From: Promethearchaeota archaeon
GTDB lineage: Archaea; Asgardarchaeota; Lokiarchaeia; Sigyniarchaeales; SOKP01
Assembly: GCA_030606485.1 (NCBI GenBank)
Contig: JAUWGH010000004.1
Span: 419,003 to 451,002, forward strand
Direction of reading: 5' to 3'
Length of the DNA stretch: 32,000 nt
In this document: positions 9,981 to 18,736 of the stretch, in pieces
Layout of the letters: the number at the start of each line of letters is the position of its first letter
How positions within the stretch are numbered: position 1 is the first letter of the stretch
Notes under the pieces: generated by a model
Told to the model about the DNA's origin: nothing
What the model saw: the letters and a program-made list of their open reading frames with translations, nothing else
The model's database searches: none
Program-made: the position numbers and the translations under genes

Positions 9981-11036
9981 TTGTATTATAGTTCAAATTT
10001 TAAAAGAAAAATCTCTAATAAGTTACTTACTACCTGCCCAGAATGTGGTTGTAAAATAATTAATTCTGATTTTGAAAGAGTTTGCATAAATTGTGGACTT
10101 GTTATCGGTGAAATTTTCAGTGATCATTCATATATAATGAGTAATATGATTGAATCATATAATTTATCAAATAAGCAATATGTTGCGTTAGGAGAACGAA
10201 TCAATTTTATTGGTGGATTGGGAACTTGTATAGATTTTGAGAATTCTTATTATCTTAAGGATAAAAACGGCAATTTATTACCTCCAAATAGTCAAAAATT
10301 ATTTCGTCGTTTAAAAAAAAATTATTCAAAATTTATTAGAATTAAAAATTTTGAAACAGAATATAGAATTTTAAAAATTCTAAATAATGTTGTTTCGTAT
10401 TTAAATTTAAATAATATTATTAGAAATAATGCTGCATATTTTTATAGGAAAATAATAAAATCTGCTCCTAGAGTTATTAACAATATTTCACTTATCGCTT
10501 TTTGTCTATATTATTCATTAAGGCAGGATAATGATTACGTTCCACTATCAATAAAAGAGATTTCCAAGATTTTTCAAATAATTGGTCACCGTGTCACACC
10601 TCGATTAATAATTCGTGATGGGATCATGTATAAAAAACATCTTGATAAAAAGGATTCCTCCCTTAAAAGTGAAAGATATCTACCAAGATTAATTAATGAA
10701 ATTATTACCCATAAATCTTTAAAAGAACGTTTAATTAAGAAGGGAATTAAATGGAATCTTAGTAAATATAAGAAGGAATTAACAATAATGGCAGAATTTT
10801 TACTAAAGAATCTTAATCGAAAACAAAGAGGTGGAAGAAATCCATTAATTCTGGCGGGAGCAATAATTTATTGTGCAGATAAGATTTTAGCAATTAAAAA
10901 TTCTCAAAAAAAGATTTTAACACAAAAATTAATATCGTCAGCTACAAAAATTGCAGAATATTCAATCAGGGATCATTATGTCTCATTATTAAAACCTATA
11001 TTTCTTAGAAATAATTTAATGAAAATTCCCAAGTAG
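9981..11036 (+). CDS. tfb: Transcription factor IIB (TFB) family protein, divergent paralog
   Basis: Zn ribbon CPECG..VCINCGLV; cyclin-fold repeats (AAYFYRK..AFCLY; GRNPLILAGAIIY; C-terminal HTH TQKLISSATKIAEYSIR). Confidence 0.8.
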   Translation: MYYSSNFKRKISNKLLTTCPECGCKIINSDFERVCINCGLVIGEIFSDHSYIMSNMIESYNLSNKQYVALGERINFIGGLGTCIDFENSYYLKDKNGNLLPPNSQKLFRRLKKNYSKFIRIKNFETEYRILKILNNVVSYLNLNNIIRNNAAYFYRKIIKSAPRVINNISLIAFCLYYSLRQDNDYVPLSIKEISKIFQIIGHRVTPRLIIRDGIMYKKHLDKKDSSLKSERYLPRLINEIITHKSLKERLIKKGIKWNLSKYKKELTIMAEFLLKNLNRKQRGGRNPLILAGAIIYCADKILAIKNSQKKILTQKLISSATKIAEYSIRDHYVSLLKPIFLRNNLMKIPK

Positions 11037-12320
11037 ATAAGATCCTTCCATTTTTTCAATTTTAATTTTAATAAAATTTCCAATTTTTCCTTCCTTAATA
11101 AAAATTGGGACATAATAAATATTTTTTCCAAAGAACAAGTTGTTTTTCATTTTTTTTGTAATTAAAATTTCACCCTTCCAATTTATCCACTTTCTAAAAT
11201 GCTCTAATTTTGTTCTATTATAAAGATTATGTAGTTCTCTCGTTCTTTTTTTAATAATTTCACTCTTAATTTGCGGTTTCTTTTTTGCAGGAGTTCCAGG
11301 TCGAGGTGAGAATTTTGAAATATTAAGAATTTCTGGCTTTAACCATTTAATGAACGACAGAGTTTCTATAAATTCCCGTTGATTTTCACCTGGAAATCCA
11401 CAAATAATATCTGTTACTAAAGTTAATTCAGGAATTTCTTTTTTTAAATTTTTTAATTTTTCTTTTAATGTCTGAATTTCATAATTTCTACTCATTTTTT
11501 TTATAATCTCATCACTTCCAGATTGAATTGGAATATGTAGAAATTTGTATAATTTTTTATTTTTATATAATTTGATAAAATCATCAAAAAAATCAATGAA
11601 AAATGTTGGATTTATCATTCCTATTCGTAAATAAAATCTTTGATTCAAAGTTAAAATTTTTTTTAGTAAATCTATAAAATTCAATCCATTATAAGAATAA
11701 CAACTGCAATCCTGAGCCGTTAAGAAAATCTCTTTTTTTTCTCTTCTTAATTGATATCTTACTTGATTTAAAATGTTCTCTACATCAAAACTATATGATA
11801 TTCCTCTACTATTTTTTACACAACAATAAGTACAACTCCCCAAACAACCCTCAGATATTGGGATTATAGCTGTAGTATTATTTTGTGGATAATTTAGAAG
11901 AAATTTGGATTTATCAATTTTTTTTTCAGATTTTATAATTAAGTTTGTTTTTCCCTTTAATATCTCCTCTAAAATTAAATTAATTTTATGAATGCTATTA
12001 ACATCAATTATAGCCGAAAATGATGGAACTAAGTCAATAATCTTTTTTAAAGTATTATTAGTGATTTGAGGTAAACAACCTGTAATAATTATTTTTTTTT
12101 TTAAAAATTTCTGAGAGAGAATTTTTAATTTATGCATAATTTTATTCTCAGTCACTCCCTTGACTGCACAAGTATTAATTATAATAAAATAAGAGTTTTG
12201 GAGGGGTGTTTCATTAAAATTGTTTTTCTTAAGGATTTCTCGTATTATTTGAGAGTCTACTTTATTATAGGCACATCCATAGGTTTTTAAGTAGAAAGTC
12301 TTTTTTTTCACAAAATTCAC
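11016..12320 (-). CDS. mtaB: tRNA methylthiotransferase, MtaB/CDKAL1-type (radical SAM, UPF0004 and TRAM domains)
   Basis: TYGCAYN..DS, INTCAVK, ITGCLPQ, SEGCLGSCTYC (CxxxCxxC), HIPIQSGSD, DIICGFPGE, FSPRPGTPA. Confidence 0.88.
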   Translation of the reverse strand: MNFVKKKTFYLKTYGCAYNKVDSQIIREILKKNNFNETPLQNSYFIIINTCAVKGVTENKIMHKLKILSQKFLKKKIIITGCLPQITNNTLKKIIDLVPSFSAIIDVNSIHKINLILEEILKGKTNLIIKSEKKIDKSKFLLNYPQNNTTAIIPISEGCLGSCTYCCVKNSRGISYSFDVENILNQVRYQLRREKKEIFLTAQDCSCYSYNGLNFIDLLKKILTLNQRFYLRIGMINPTFFIDFFDDFIKLYKNKKLYKFLHIPIQSGSDEIIKKMSRNYEIQTLKEKLKNLKKEIPELTLVTDIICGFPGENQREFIETLSFIKWLKPEILNISKFSPRPGTPAKKKPQIKSEIIKKRTRELHNLYNRTKLEHFRKWINWKGEILITKKMKNNLFFGKNIYYVPIFIKEGKIGNFIKIKIEKMEGSYLLGNFH

Positions 12321-12434
12321 AAAAAATATTTAAATCGTTTAAAAAAGTTTTATTACCTTTAAGGAGGAATCCGATGTATCTGATTTCTTTTTTTCCATTA
12401 TTTTGGTTCTCAACACTTTAAACAAATAAATTAA

Positions 12435-12531
12435 TGCTTCTGGGGGGATTTGAACCCCCGTCAGGAGGGTGAGAGCCTCCGATGCGTTGCCCTAATTTTT
12501 TATTAGTTTGACCGAGCTACACTACAGAAGC
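12435..12531 (-). tRNA. tRNA-Glu(CUC) with a 22-nt intron at position 21/22; CCA not encoded
   Basis: Acceptor GCTTCTG/CAGAAGC+A; anticodon arm GGAGG-CTCTCAC-CCTCC (anticodon at 12471-12473); T arm GGGGG-TTCAAAT-CCCCC; removing 12486-12507 restores D arm GTGT..GCAT and a 75-nt tRNA. Confidence 0.95.
12486..12507 (-). other. tRNA intron in the D loop (relaxed bulge-helix-bulge)
   Basis: Intron ACTAATAAAAAATTAGGGCAAC; inner hairpin CTAAT/ATTAG; central helix GGTC/GGCA (3 of 4 pairs); 3-nt bulges AA|A and AC|G. Confidence 0.8.
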
Positions 12532-12641
12532 ATAAATGACCTTTTCAATAGAACTTTTATCGAAATTGAATTTTTAAAAAATTTGGTATTGAATTTGAGA
12601 ATATTATATTATTATCCTTTATTTATAGAGAGTTCTTTCTT

Positions 12642-13046
12642 CTAAAGTTCATTTTTTCTAAGTTTCTCTATTAAATTTAGAAAATTTAATAATGTAATCG
12701 AATAAGATTCTAAATTCTTTATTTGATCCTCATCTTCTAACTTATTTAATAGCCAATTAAATTTCTTAATTAAAATCTTCTCTAATTTTTCAGTAACTTC
12801 AGAATAATTACTTAATATCGACTCATTTGTATATTTTAAATTTTCCACACTCATGTCATTATACTTCTTAATTATTTCTTTCCCCTCCTTAACAATTATT
12901 ACTTTCTTATTGCAAATTGGGCAGAAAACATCTTCACTTTTAAATTTAAACAAAGGAGAATTACAAACAGGACAAGCTTTATTTAACATTGTTGAGCCTT
13001 TTCTTAAAAGTTCCGCCATTTTTTTAAAATCTTTTTCTTTAAGCAT
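12642..13046 (-). CDS. UPF0148 / Sjogren autoantigen p27-like Zn-ribbon protein
   Basis: KMAELLRKGSTML..ACPVCNSPLF..VFCPIC. Confidence 0.85.
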   Translation of the reverse strand: MLKEKDFKKMAELLRKGSTMLNKACPVCNSPLFKFKSEDVFCPICNKKVIIVKEGKEIIKKYNDMSVENLKYTNESILSNYSEVTEKLEKILIKKFNWLLNKLEDEDQIKNLESYSITLLNFLNLIEKLRKNEL

Positions 13047-13072
13047 TTTCTTTAAAATTATATTCTCTTTTT

Positions 13073-13276
13073 CTAATTAGATTCATTTTTCTCTTTTATT
13101 TTAAGCAAATTTACAATATATCCAGCTATCCTATTTCTTAAGTGTTTTGAATCTATCTCCGCATATTTATTCAATAAATCTTTATTTTCATTAAAGTCAG
13201 TGGTAAATATATTCGGATATTTTTCAATTAATTCTTTTGAAATATTTTTTATCAATATAGTTCTAATTTTTCCCAT
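13073..13276 (-). CDS. rps17e: 30S ribosomal protein eS17
   Basis: MGKIRT..IK..FTTDFNENK..SKHLRNRIAGY. Confidence 0.96.
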   Translation of the reverse strand: MGKIRTILIKNISKELIEKYPNIFTTDFNENKDLLNKYAEIDSKHLRNRIAGYIVNLLKIKEKNESN

Positions 13277-13476
13277 TTTTTACAAAATTCCTCTAATTTC
13301 AATAATAATATGAATATTTTATTATAAATCTTAAATTTTTTGCTTTTAAGATAACTACTATTATTTATTTTACAAAAAATGTTGATGACAAATGAAATGC
13401 ATACCCACCCTTTAGTTTTATTTTCTGTCGCCAAAAAATAAATTCGGATATTTAACTAATTCAGCATACCTAAAGT

Positions 13477-13713
13477 TCAAATCCAAAATTTCATTACTTT
13501 AATTTTGCCTTTCTCCAAGATTTTATATCGTTTCAACATATCCCTACTAATAAATTTCCTTGAATTTTTGAATACTCTCAAATCATTAAAATCAAATAAT
13601 AGGGCTGTTCCGTTTCTATAATTTATAGATGATTTCTCATCATTTAATATCTTGTTTGGATATGAGGGGTGAAGTTCCTCATTGTATATACAACGTAAAT
13701 CCGAGCTTATCAT
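13477..13713 (-). CDS. Small hypothetical protein (78 aa)
   Basis: ORF co-oriented with its neighbours; no motif recognised. Confidence 0.35.
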   Translation of the reverse strand: MISSDLRCIYNEELHPSYPNKILNDEKSSINYRNGTALLFDFNDLRVFKNSRKFISRDMLKRYKILEKGKIKVMKFWI

Positions 13714-13833
13714 TTGTCATCATTTAATAAAAGAAAATCATTATTTTAAATATTTTTATAGTTGTAAAAAAAAAAGATATTTTTAATCCAAAAAAATTTT
13801 AATCAAAGGAATTTAAAACCTTTCAATTAATAA

Positions 13834-14163
13834 TTAAATCAAGCTCTTTATTTCAGAAAAAATTTCATCTCTTAATCTCTCAACATCTTGCAACTGGATT
13901 TCATCTGCTTGTTTAGCAGGAATTTTTAAATTTACAACTGAATTGATAGCTTTTATTTCTTCTGCGGAAATTGTAAATTCTACACCTAATCCCTTTACGA
14001 TTATTGAAATTTTTTGTGGAAAAAATTGAATTTTGACACTTCTTACGATTCCCACTTTTCTGGCATAGGAATCAATTACTTCAAGTCCAATTAATTTTCC
14101 TGGTGCAGGAAGTTCATATAATTCTGCTTCGATTGTAGTATTAAGCATTTTATCCAATTTCAT
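13834..14163 (-). CDS. PRC-barrel domain protein
   Basis: KLIGLEVIDSYARKVGIVRSVKI matches the LxGxxVxxxxGxxxGxVxDv pattern; IKAINSVVNL C-terminal strand. Confidence 0.65.
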   Translation of the reverse strand: MKLDKMLNTTIEAELYELPAPGKLIGLEVIDSYARKVGIVRSVKIQFFPQKISIIVKGLGVEFTISAEEIKAINSVVNLKIPAKQADEIQLQDVERLRDEIFSEIKSLI

Positions 14164-14594
14164 TATTAATCAATCTCACTATCAAAAAGAAATAACAATA
14201 TATCATGTGCATATTACAATTACACTGATATAATCTTCCAAAGAAAAAAAATATTAAATGTTTTAACAATATCCTCTAAAGAAATTAATATCCAATTACT
14301 ATCGATCAATTTCAATATTTAAAAATCTTTAATAAATTAAATAATATGGAAATTTATTACTTAAGAAAAATTCATTTAATAAATTCTCTTGCTTTAAAAA
14401 TTTATTCAATTTAATTCGACAAAATCTTGTAAATAAAAGAAGTATAGGATCGGATCTTTATATTTTTTTGATTAATACCAAATTATGATTTTTATGAATT
14501 ATGTTTTAGGAATTTTTATTTTTATTTAATAATAAATCAAAACTCTGTTTATTATTATTAATTTCAATATTTTCTAATAAATATATTAAAGGGG

Positions 14595-15809
14595 TTGATT
14601 AAAATAATTCATAATTTTATTGAGGATCAACTAAAAAAACCTACTCTATTCATAGATGAAAGCAAATTAGATATAAATTTTGTTCCCGAAGATTTACCTC
14701 ACAGAGAAAAAGAATTAATTCTTCTCTCGCAATTATTTCTTATACTAATAACCCAACCAAATTCAGCTTCGAGAAAAGTTTTAATAACAGGTGGAATTGG
14801 TATCGGAAAAACGGTAACTGTGAAACATTTTGGCCAAATAATTAAAAGCACAGCAGAAAAAAGAAAGATCCCATTTGAATATTTCCATATTAATTGTAGA
14901 AAAGAAAGAACAGGATATAAAATATTAGTCAAAATCATGAAACATTTTAATAAAAACTTTCCTTCTAGAGGTTTTTCATTTCAAGATTTACTCGATATGT
15001 TGAAGGATAATTTAAATCGACAAAATAAGCATTTAATTTTGGTTTTAGATGAATTAAGTTACATAATTATGAAAAATGATGACATAATCTATGCATTAAC
15101 AAGAATTAATGATGAGACGTTAAATACTCCTCAAAGACTATCAATTATCGGAATTATTAGAGATATTTCAAGTTTAAATAATTTAGATGAAAGTACGTTA
15201 AGTACACTTCAAAGCAACATTATTCATTTTAATAAATATAGTAAAAATCAAATAATTGACATCCTAAAGTCTAGAGTAAAGATTTCAATAAAACCTAATG
15301 TAATTGATTACAATATCTTTGATATGATCTCTAATTTAGTATATAAAAGCGGTGATATAAGAAAAGCGCTAGATATATTATGGGCTTCTATAAAGATTGC
15401 AGAGGAAAGAAATTTAAAAAAAGTTTCACCAGAATGTGTTCGATTAGCAAATAATAAAACAATATCAAATTTTTCACAAGATCTTCTAATCTCTATTGAA
15501 TCTCATAAATTAATCCTTCTTTTTTCAATCTTAAATGTCTTAGAAAAAAATAAAAAATCTTATGGACTTATTTCAAAAATAAAAGAAGAATTTCAACAAA
15601 TATGTGAATATTTAAAACTATCAATTTTTTCTTACTCACAAATAATGAATTATCTTCATGAGCTGGAAAAATATGGGATTATATCGATAAAAATTAAAAG
15701 TAAAAATATTAGAGGAAGACAGGCGCAAGTAAGTATAAATGATATTTCTCTCGAATTATTAAAAAAAAAATTATTATCGATTTTTGAAAGTCGAGGTTTA
15801 AATATATGA
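14595..15809 (+). CDS. cdc6: Orc1/Cdc6 replication initiator
   Basis: FVPEDLPHREKE; Walker A GGIGIGKT; INCR; Walker B LVLDE; sensor GDIRKALDIL; C-terminal winged helix. Confidence 0.93.
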   Translation: MIKIIHNFIEDQLKKPTLFIDESKLDINFVPEDLPHREKELILLSQLFLILITQPNSASRKVLITGGIGIGKTVTVKHFGQIIKSTAEKRKIPFEYFHINCRKERTGYKILVKIMKHFNKNFPSRGFSFQDLLDMLKDNLNRQNKHLILVLDELSYIIMKNDDIIYALTRINDETLNTPQRLSIIGIIRDISSLNNLDESTLSTLQSNIIHFNKYSKNQIIDILKSRVKISIKPNVIDYNIFDMISNLVYKSGDIRKALDILWASIKIAEERNLKKVSPECVRLANNKTISNFSQDLLISIESHKLILLFSILNVLEKNKKSYGLISKIKEEFQQICEYLKLSIFSYSQIMNYLHELEKYGIISIKIKSKNIRGRQAQVSINDISLELLKKKLLSIFESRGLNI

Positions 15810-16096
15810 AAAATAAAATCCAAAATGAATATAATATTGAAAATCTTTTCTGCTCAAGGGCGAGAGTTAAAATAATAAAAACTTTAGCTCTAAATAATGA
15901 ATTAAATATATCTAAAATTATAAAAAATACAAAATTGAATCATTCTAATGTTGTAAATCATTTAAACTTCTTAAAAAAAATTAATTTTATTCAAGAAAAG
16001 AATTTTGGTCGTATTAGGATTTATAGATATAAAGAAGAAAATATAAAAGCCCATTGTGTTAAAAAGTTAATAGAATTGATAGAAAATATTTACTAA
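15806..16096 (+). CDS. Winged helix-turn-helix protein (ArsR-like), translationally coupled to cdc6
   Basis: LFCSRARVKIIK..ELNISKII..LNHSNVVNHLNFL..GRIRIYRY; ATGA overlap with the cdc6 stop. Confidence 0.8.
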   Translation: MKNKIQNEYNIENLFCSRARVKIIKTLALNNELNISKIIKNTKLNHSNVVNHLNFLKKINFIQEKNFGRIRIYRYKEENIKAHCVKKLIELIENIY

Positions 16097-16195
16097 CCTT
16101 AAAGAAAAAAATGTTCTCTAATTTAATTAAATTCCTTAAACTAAACACCAATAAATTATCTAAATTAAAATATTTTTTTTAAATTAATATTTAAA

Positions 16196-16840
16196 ATGAT
16201 CTTTTTTATAATTCTGGTAATAATTTCTATTTACTTTTCCATTTTAGATCTTAGGAATCGAAGAATCCCATTAAAAAATTTTAAAATTTTATTTCTTATC
16301 AGTTTGTTTTTTATTTTTTTTCTATTTATTTCTCTTGATTTTACTTTAATCTTACTTTTTTTATCACATATGGTCCTTTTGTTTTTTTTTTGTTTTGTTT
16401 TTTATCTGCTAAATTTTATTGGGGGTGGAGATGCAAAATACCTCTTTTTTATTTCAATTTTCAATTTTTATTACTCATTGGAAATAATTAATTTAATTGA
16501 CTTCTTTTTTATTTTTATTTTTATTTATTTTTCCTTATTTATTCCAAATTTAATAAAGAATCAGCTTTATTTTCGTTCATTATATGAACAATTTTTAATA
16601 TTTCTTGATATAAGGATGAGGATCTTTTTTGATTTTTATCTAAAATTATGTTTTAAATTTTTTCCTTTAAAATCCATAAAAAAGTATGATGACATTAAAT
16701 ATAAAATAAAATCATTTTCAATTTTATATGATTTTAAAACCGGTGTTTTCTATGTTATTTCCCAATATAAAATGCCTGTAATAATTATAAGTTTTTTATC
16801 TTATCTTTTCTATTTAGCTCTAAATTTTTGTGTATTTTAA
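16196..16840 (+). CDS. A24-family prepilin peptidase (TadV/FlaK/PibD-like)
   Basis: Polytopic membrane protein with SILDLRNRRIP (first Asp) and IGGGDAKYL (second Asp). Confidence 0.8.
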   Translation: MIFFIILVIISIYFSILDLRNRRIPLKNFKILFLISLFFIFFLFISLDFTLILLFLSHMVLLFFFCFVFYLLNFIGGGDAKYLFFISIFNFYYSLEIINLIDFFFIFIFIYFSLFIPNLIKNQLYFRSLYEQFLIFLDIRMRIFFDFYLKLCFKFFPLKSIKKYDDIKYKIKSFSILYDFKTGVFYVISQYKMPVIIISFLSYLFYLALNFCVF

Positions 16841-16864
16841 ATAAATCAATTTTTAATAAAAGTT

Positions 16865-17173
16865 ATGTTATTAAAAAAAAAAACATTAGAAAAAGCTCTA
16901 GATTTTATCTCCAATATTGATTTTGATGATTCAGAACAATTAATGATTTTTAATAAAGTTAAGAATATAATCTCCAGTTTAAAAGATCCTGAAATTTCAA
17001 AAAAAATCAACGAATTAAATGAATTATCTTCAGATTTACCTTTTAAAGAGTTACTTATACAAATTTTAGAAAAATTAAATATTGAACAGTTGAATTCAAT
17101 TTTTAAATTGCTTATAAATAATGAGGAACTCATTGATTATTTACAAGATATACTTTTGGAAAAAATAATATAA
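16865..17173 (+). CDS. Hypothetical helical protein (102 aa)
   Basis: ORF 24 nt downstream of the peptidase, same strand; no motif recognised. Confidence 0.5.
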   Translation: MLLKKKTLEKALDFISNIDFDDSEQLMIFNKVKNIISSLKDPEISKKINELNELSSDLPFKELLIQILEKLNIEQLNSIFKLLINNEELIDYLQDILLEKII

Positions 17174-17348
17174 ACATCCTTGCTTAAATCGTTAAAATGA
17201 GATGTTATTAACGCAGATGTAGATGCATCGTATAACATTTTAAAAAAAGCATTCTCGAATGCTTTTTCAGCGGACGGGATAGGAAGTTGTCGGACTACAA
17301 CCATAATTGATTGCCAGTGAACACGCTGATGTTATCATGTGAGCTAGT
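17156..17348 (+). pseudogene. tnpB: Decayed 3' end of an IS200/IS605- or IS607-type tnpB with omegaRNA-like hairpins
   Basis: One frame reads LEKII*TSLLKSLK*DVINADVDASYNILKKAFSNAFSADGIGSC, then GLQP after a 1-nt shift; this matches the TnpB C-terminus pattern GKRIKRGLFKS..G..INADVN.SYNILRKA.PNAF.DGI.G.GL.P; hairpins at 17244-17267 and about 17285-17300; GC locally raised. Confidence 0.75.
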
Positions 17349-17472
17349 AATAATATTTTTTATAATTTATTATTTTTAATTTCCTTTATCTAAATAAAGA
17401 AAGGATATTTAAATTTTTGAGATAATTATTTTTTAGTTTTTTTTATAAATCATCTCATTTTAATATATTATA

Positions 17473-18222
17473 ATGACCATCTTAATGGATATTATTCTCG
17501 TTATTTGTTCATATCTTTATGTTTTAGCTGTGATTTTAATTCCCAAATATTTAAAAGAAAAGGAAAAGATATCAAAATTTACTGCACGTAAATTAATTCA
17601 CTTACTTGCTGGACTCTCAATATTTATAACTCCCTTCTTAGAATTTTATTGGTATTCAGTTATAATTGCTGGCTCCATGATGATTCTCACCTATTTTAGT
17701 TCTAAAGAGAGTAAAGTGAAACAACTCAAGAGTTTATTTGATGCAATTGGTGAAGAGGCCGAAGAGAAAGTTGGATATTTACAAGGACCATTTAATTACT
17801 GTCTCTCAATTTTTATTCTTATGTTATTTTTTTCAATATTTGCTCCAACAAGATTTTATTTTCCAATTTCAGGAATTTTAATTATGATTGTATCAGATAC
17901 TCTTGCTAGCGTTGTAGGGAAAAAATATGGAAAAATTAAAATAAAAATAAAATGGACTCATACAGAAAGGACAATTATTGGATCATTAACTCTTTTCCTA
18001 ACAGCTTTTATCGTGTCATTTTTTGCATATCTTTTCTTCGGCACCGTTATTCCAACTTCTCAGCAGGTTATTGATCTTCCTCAAGTTATCATTTTCTCAT
18101 TTTTAACAAGCATTATTGCAACAATTACAGAATTACTATCACCAAGTACATATGATGATTTAACTGTACCGATAATTACTACATTAATTATCTTTCTTCT
18201 TTCTTCTAGTTTTATTGCTTAA
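17473..18222 (+). CDS. CTP-dependent polyprenol/dolichol/phytol kinase family membrane protein
   Basis: ARKLIHLLAG, SDTLASVVGKKYG, RTIIGS, DDLTVP; multiple TM helices. Confidence 0.85.
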   Translation: MTILMDIILVICSYLYVLAVILIPKYLKEKEKISKFTARKLIHLLAGLSIFITPFLEFYWYSVIIAGSMMILTYFSSKESKVKQLKSLFDAIGEEAEEKVGYLQGPFNYCLSIFILMLFFSIFAPTRFYFPISGILIMIVSDTLASVVGKKYGKIKIKIKWTHTERTIIGSLTLFLTAFIVSFFAYLFFGTVIPTSQQVIDLPQVIIFSFLTSIIATITELLSPSTYDDLTVPIITTLIIFLLSSSFIA

Positions 18223-18316
18223 CATAACTTTAAATTATAAATTTGTCATTTTAAAATTAAAAGTTGTAATTTAATAAAATTTAAAAAAGATAAATTTGAA
18301 GCAACTAGGGATTTAA

Positions 18317-18736
18317 ATGGAAATTGAAAAAAAAAGAGAAACAGTATGGAAATTAAAGCAAAAAGAAAAACAAAAATATATTGAGTTAATATCTGTTGAG
18401 GAATCTGGAGAAGTTAATCAAATTAAATTGTCCTTAAAAAAAATGGAAGATGCAATAACAATTGAAATGAATAAAAGTGAATTTAATAATTTTTTATCAA
18501 TATTATTAGCTTTTAAAGATGTAGTAATTGGTTCAGAGATGAGTACATTGACTCCAGATTTCAAAGATTTTGATGCCATAAAATCCCAAGAAAAAGAAGA
18601 ATCTGTTTCTATTTCTGAAAAAAATGAGGTTATTGAAAAATTTACAGTACCAGAACTCACGGATGTTCAAAAAAGCGTTCAAAATGAAAAACAATATGAA
18701 GAGGAATTGAATCCTAAGGAATGGGATCCCTGGTAA
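18317..18736 (+). CDS. Hypothetical protein (139 aa) with acidic C-terminal tail ending EWDPW
   Basis: AGGGA SD-like upstream; last 5 codons overlap the SRP RNA in antisense. Confidence 0.6.
   Translation: MEIEKKRETVWKLKQKEKQKYIELISVEESGEVNQIKLSLKKMEDAITIEMNKSEFNNFLSILLAFKDVVIGSEMSTLTPDFKDFDAIKSQEKEESVSISEKNEVIEKFTVPELTDVQKSVQNEKQYEEELNPKEWDPW

Noticed and set aside
12361-12421. AAGGAGG followed by a 15-codon ORF (MYLISFFPLFWFSTL)
   Set aside because: Too short, antisense to the tRNA trailer and mtaB upstream region; no independent support
13252-13434. 60-aa ORF overlapping the rps17e start
   Set aside because: Out-of-frame overlap with eS17 and mostly AT-rich promoter sequence; no motif
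13660-13725. Possible second C/D sRNA on the minus strand (AUGAUGA..CGGA..AUGAGGA-ACUUCACCCCU), with 10-nt complementarity to 16S AGGGGUGAAG near 31939
   Set aside because: No CUGA D box follows the putative guide, and the box-like strings are readily explained by Asn-Asp/Asn-Glu codons; worth a snoscan run but not supported
14164-14594. Canonical ORB boxes upstream of cdc6
   Set aside because: No convincing TTCCA-N-GGAAA plus G-string repeats; the origin is kept only as a low-confidence finding
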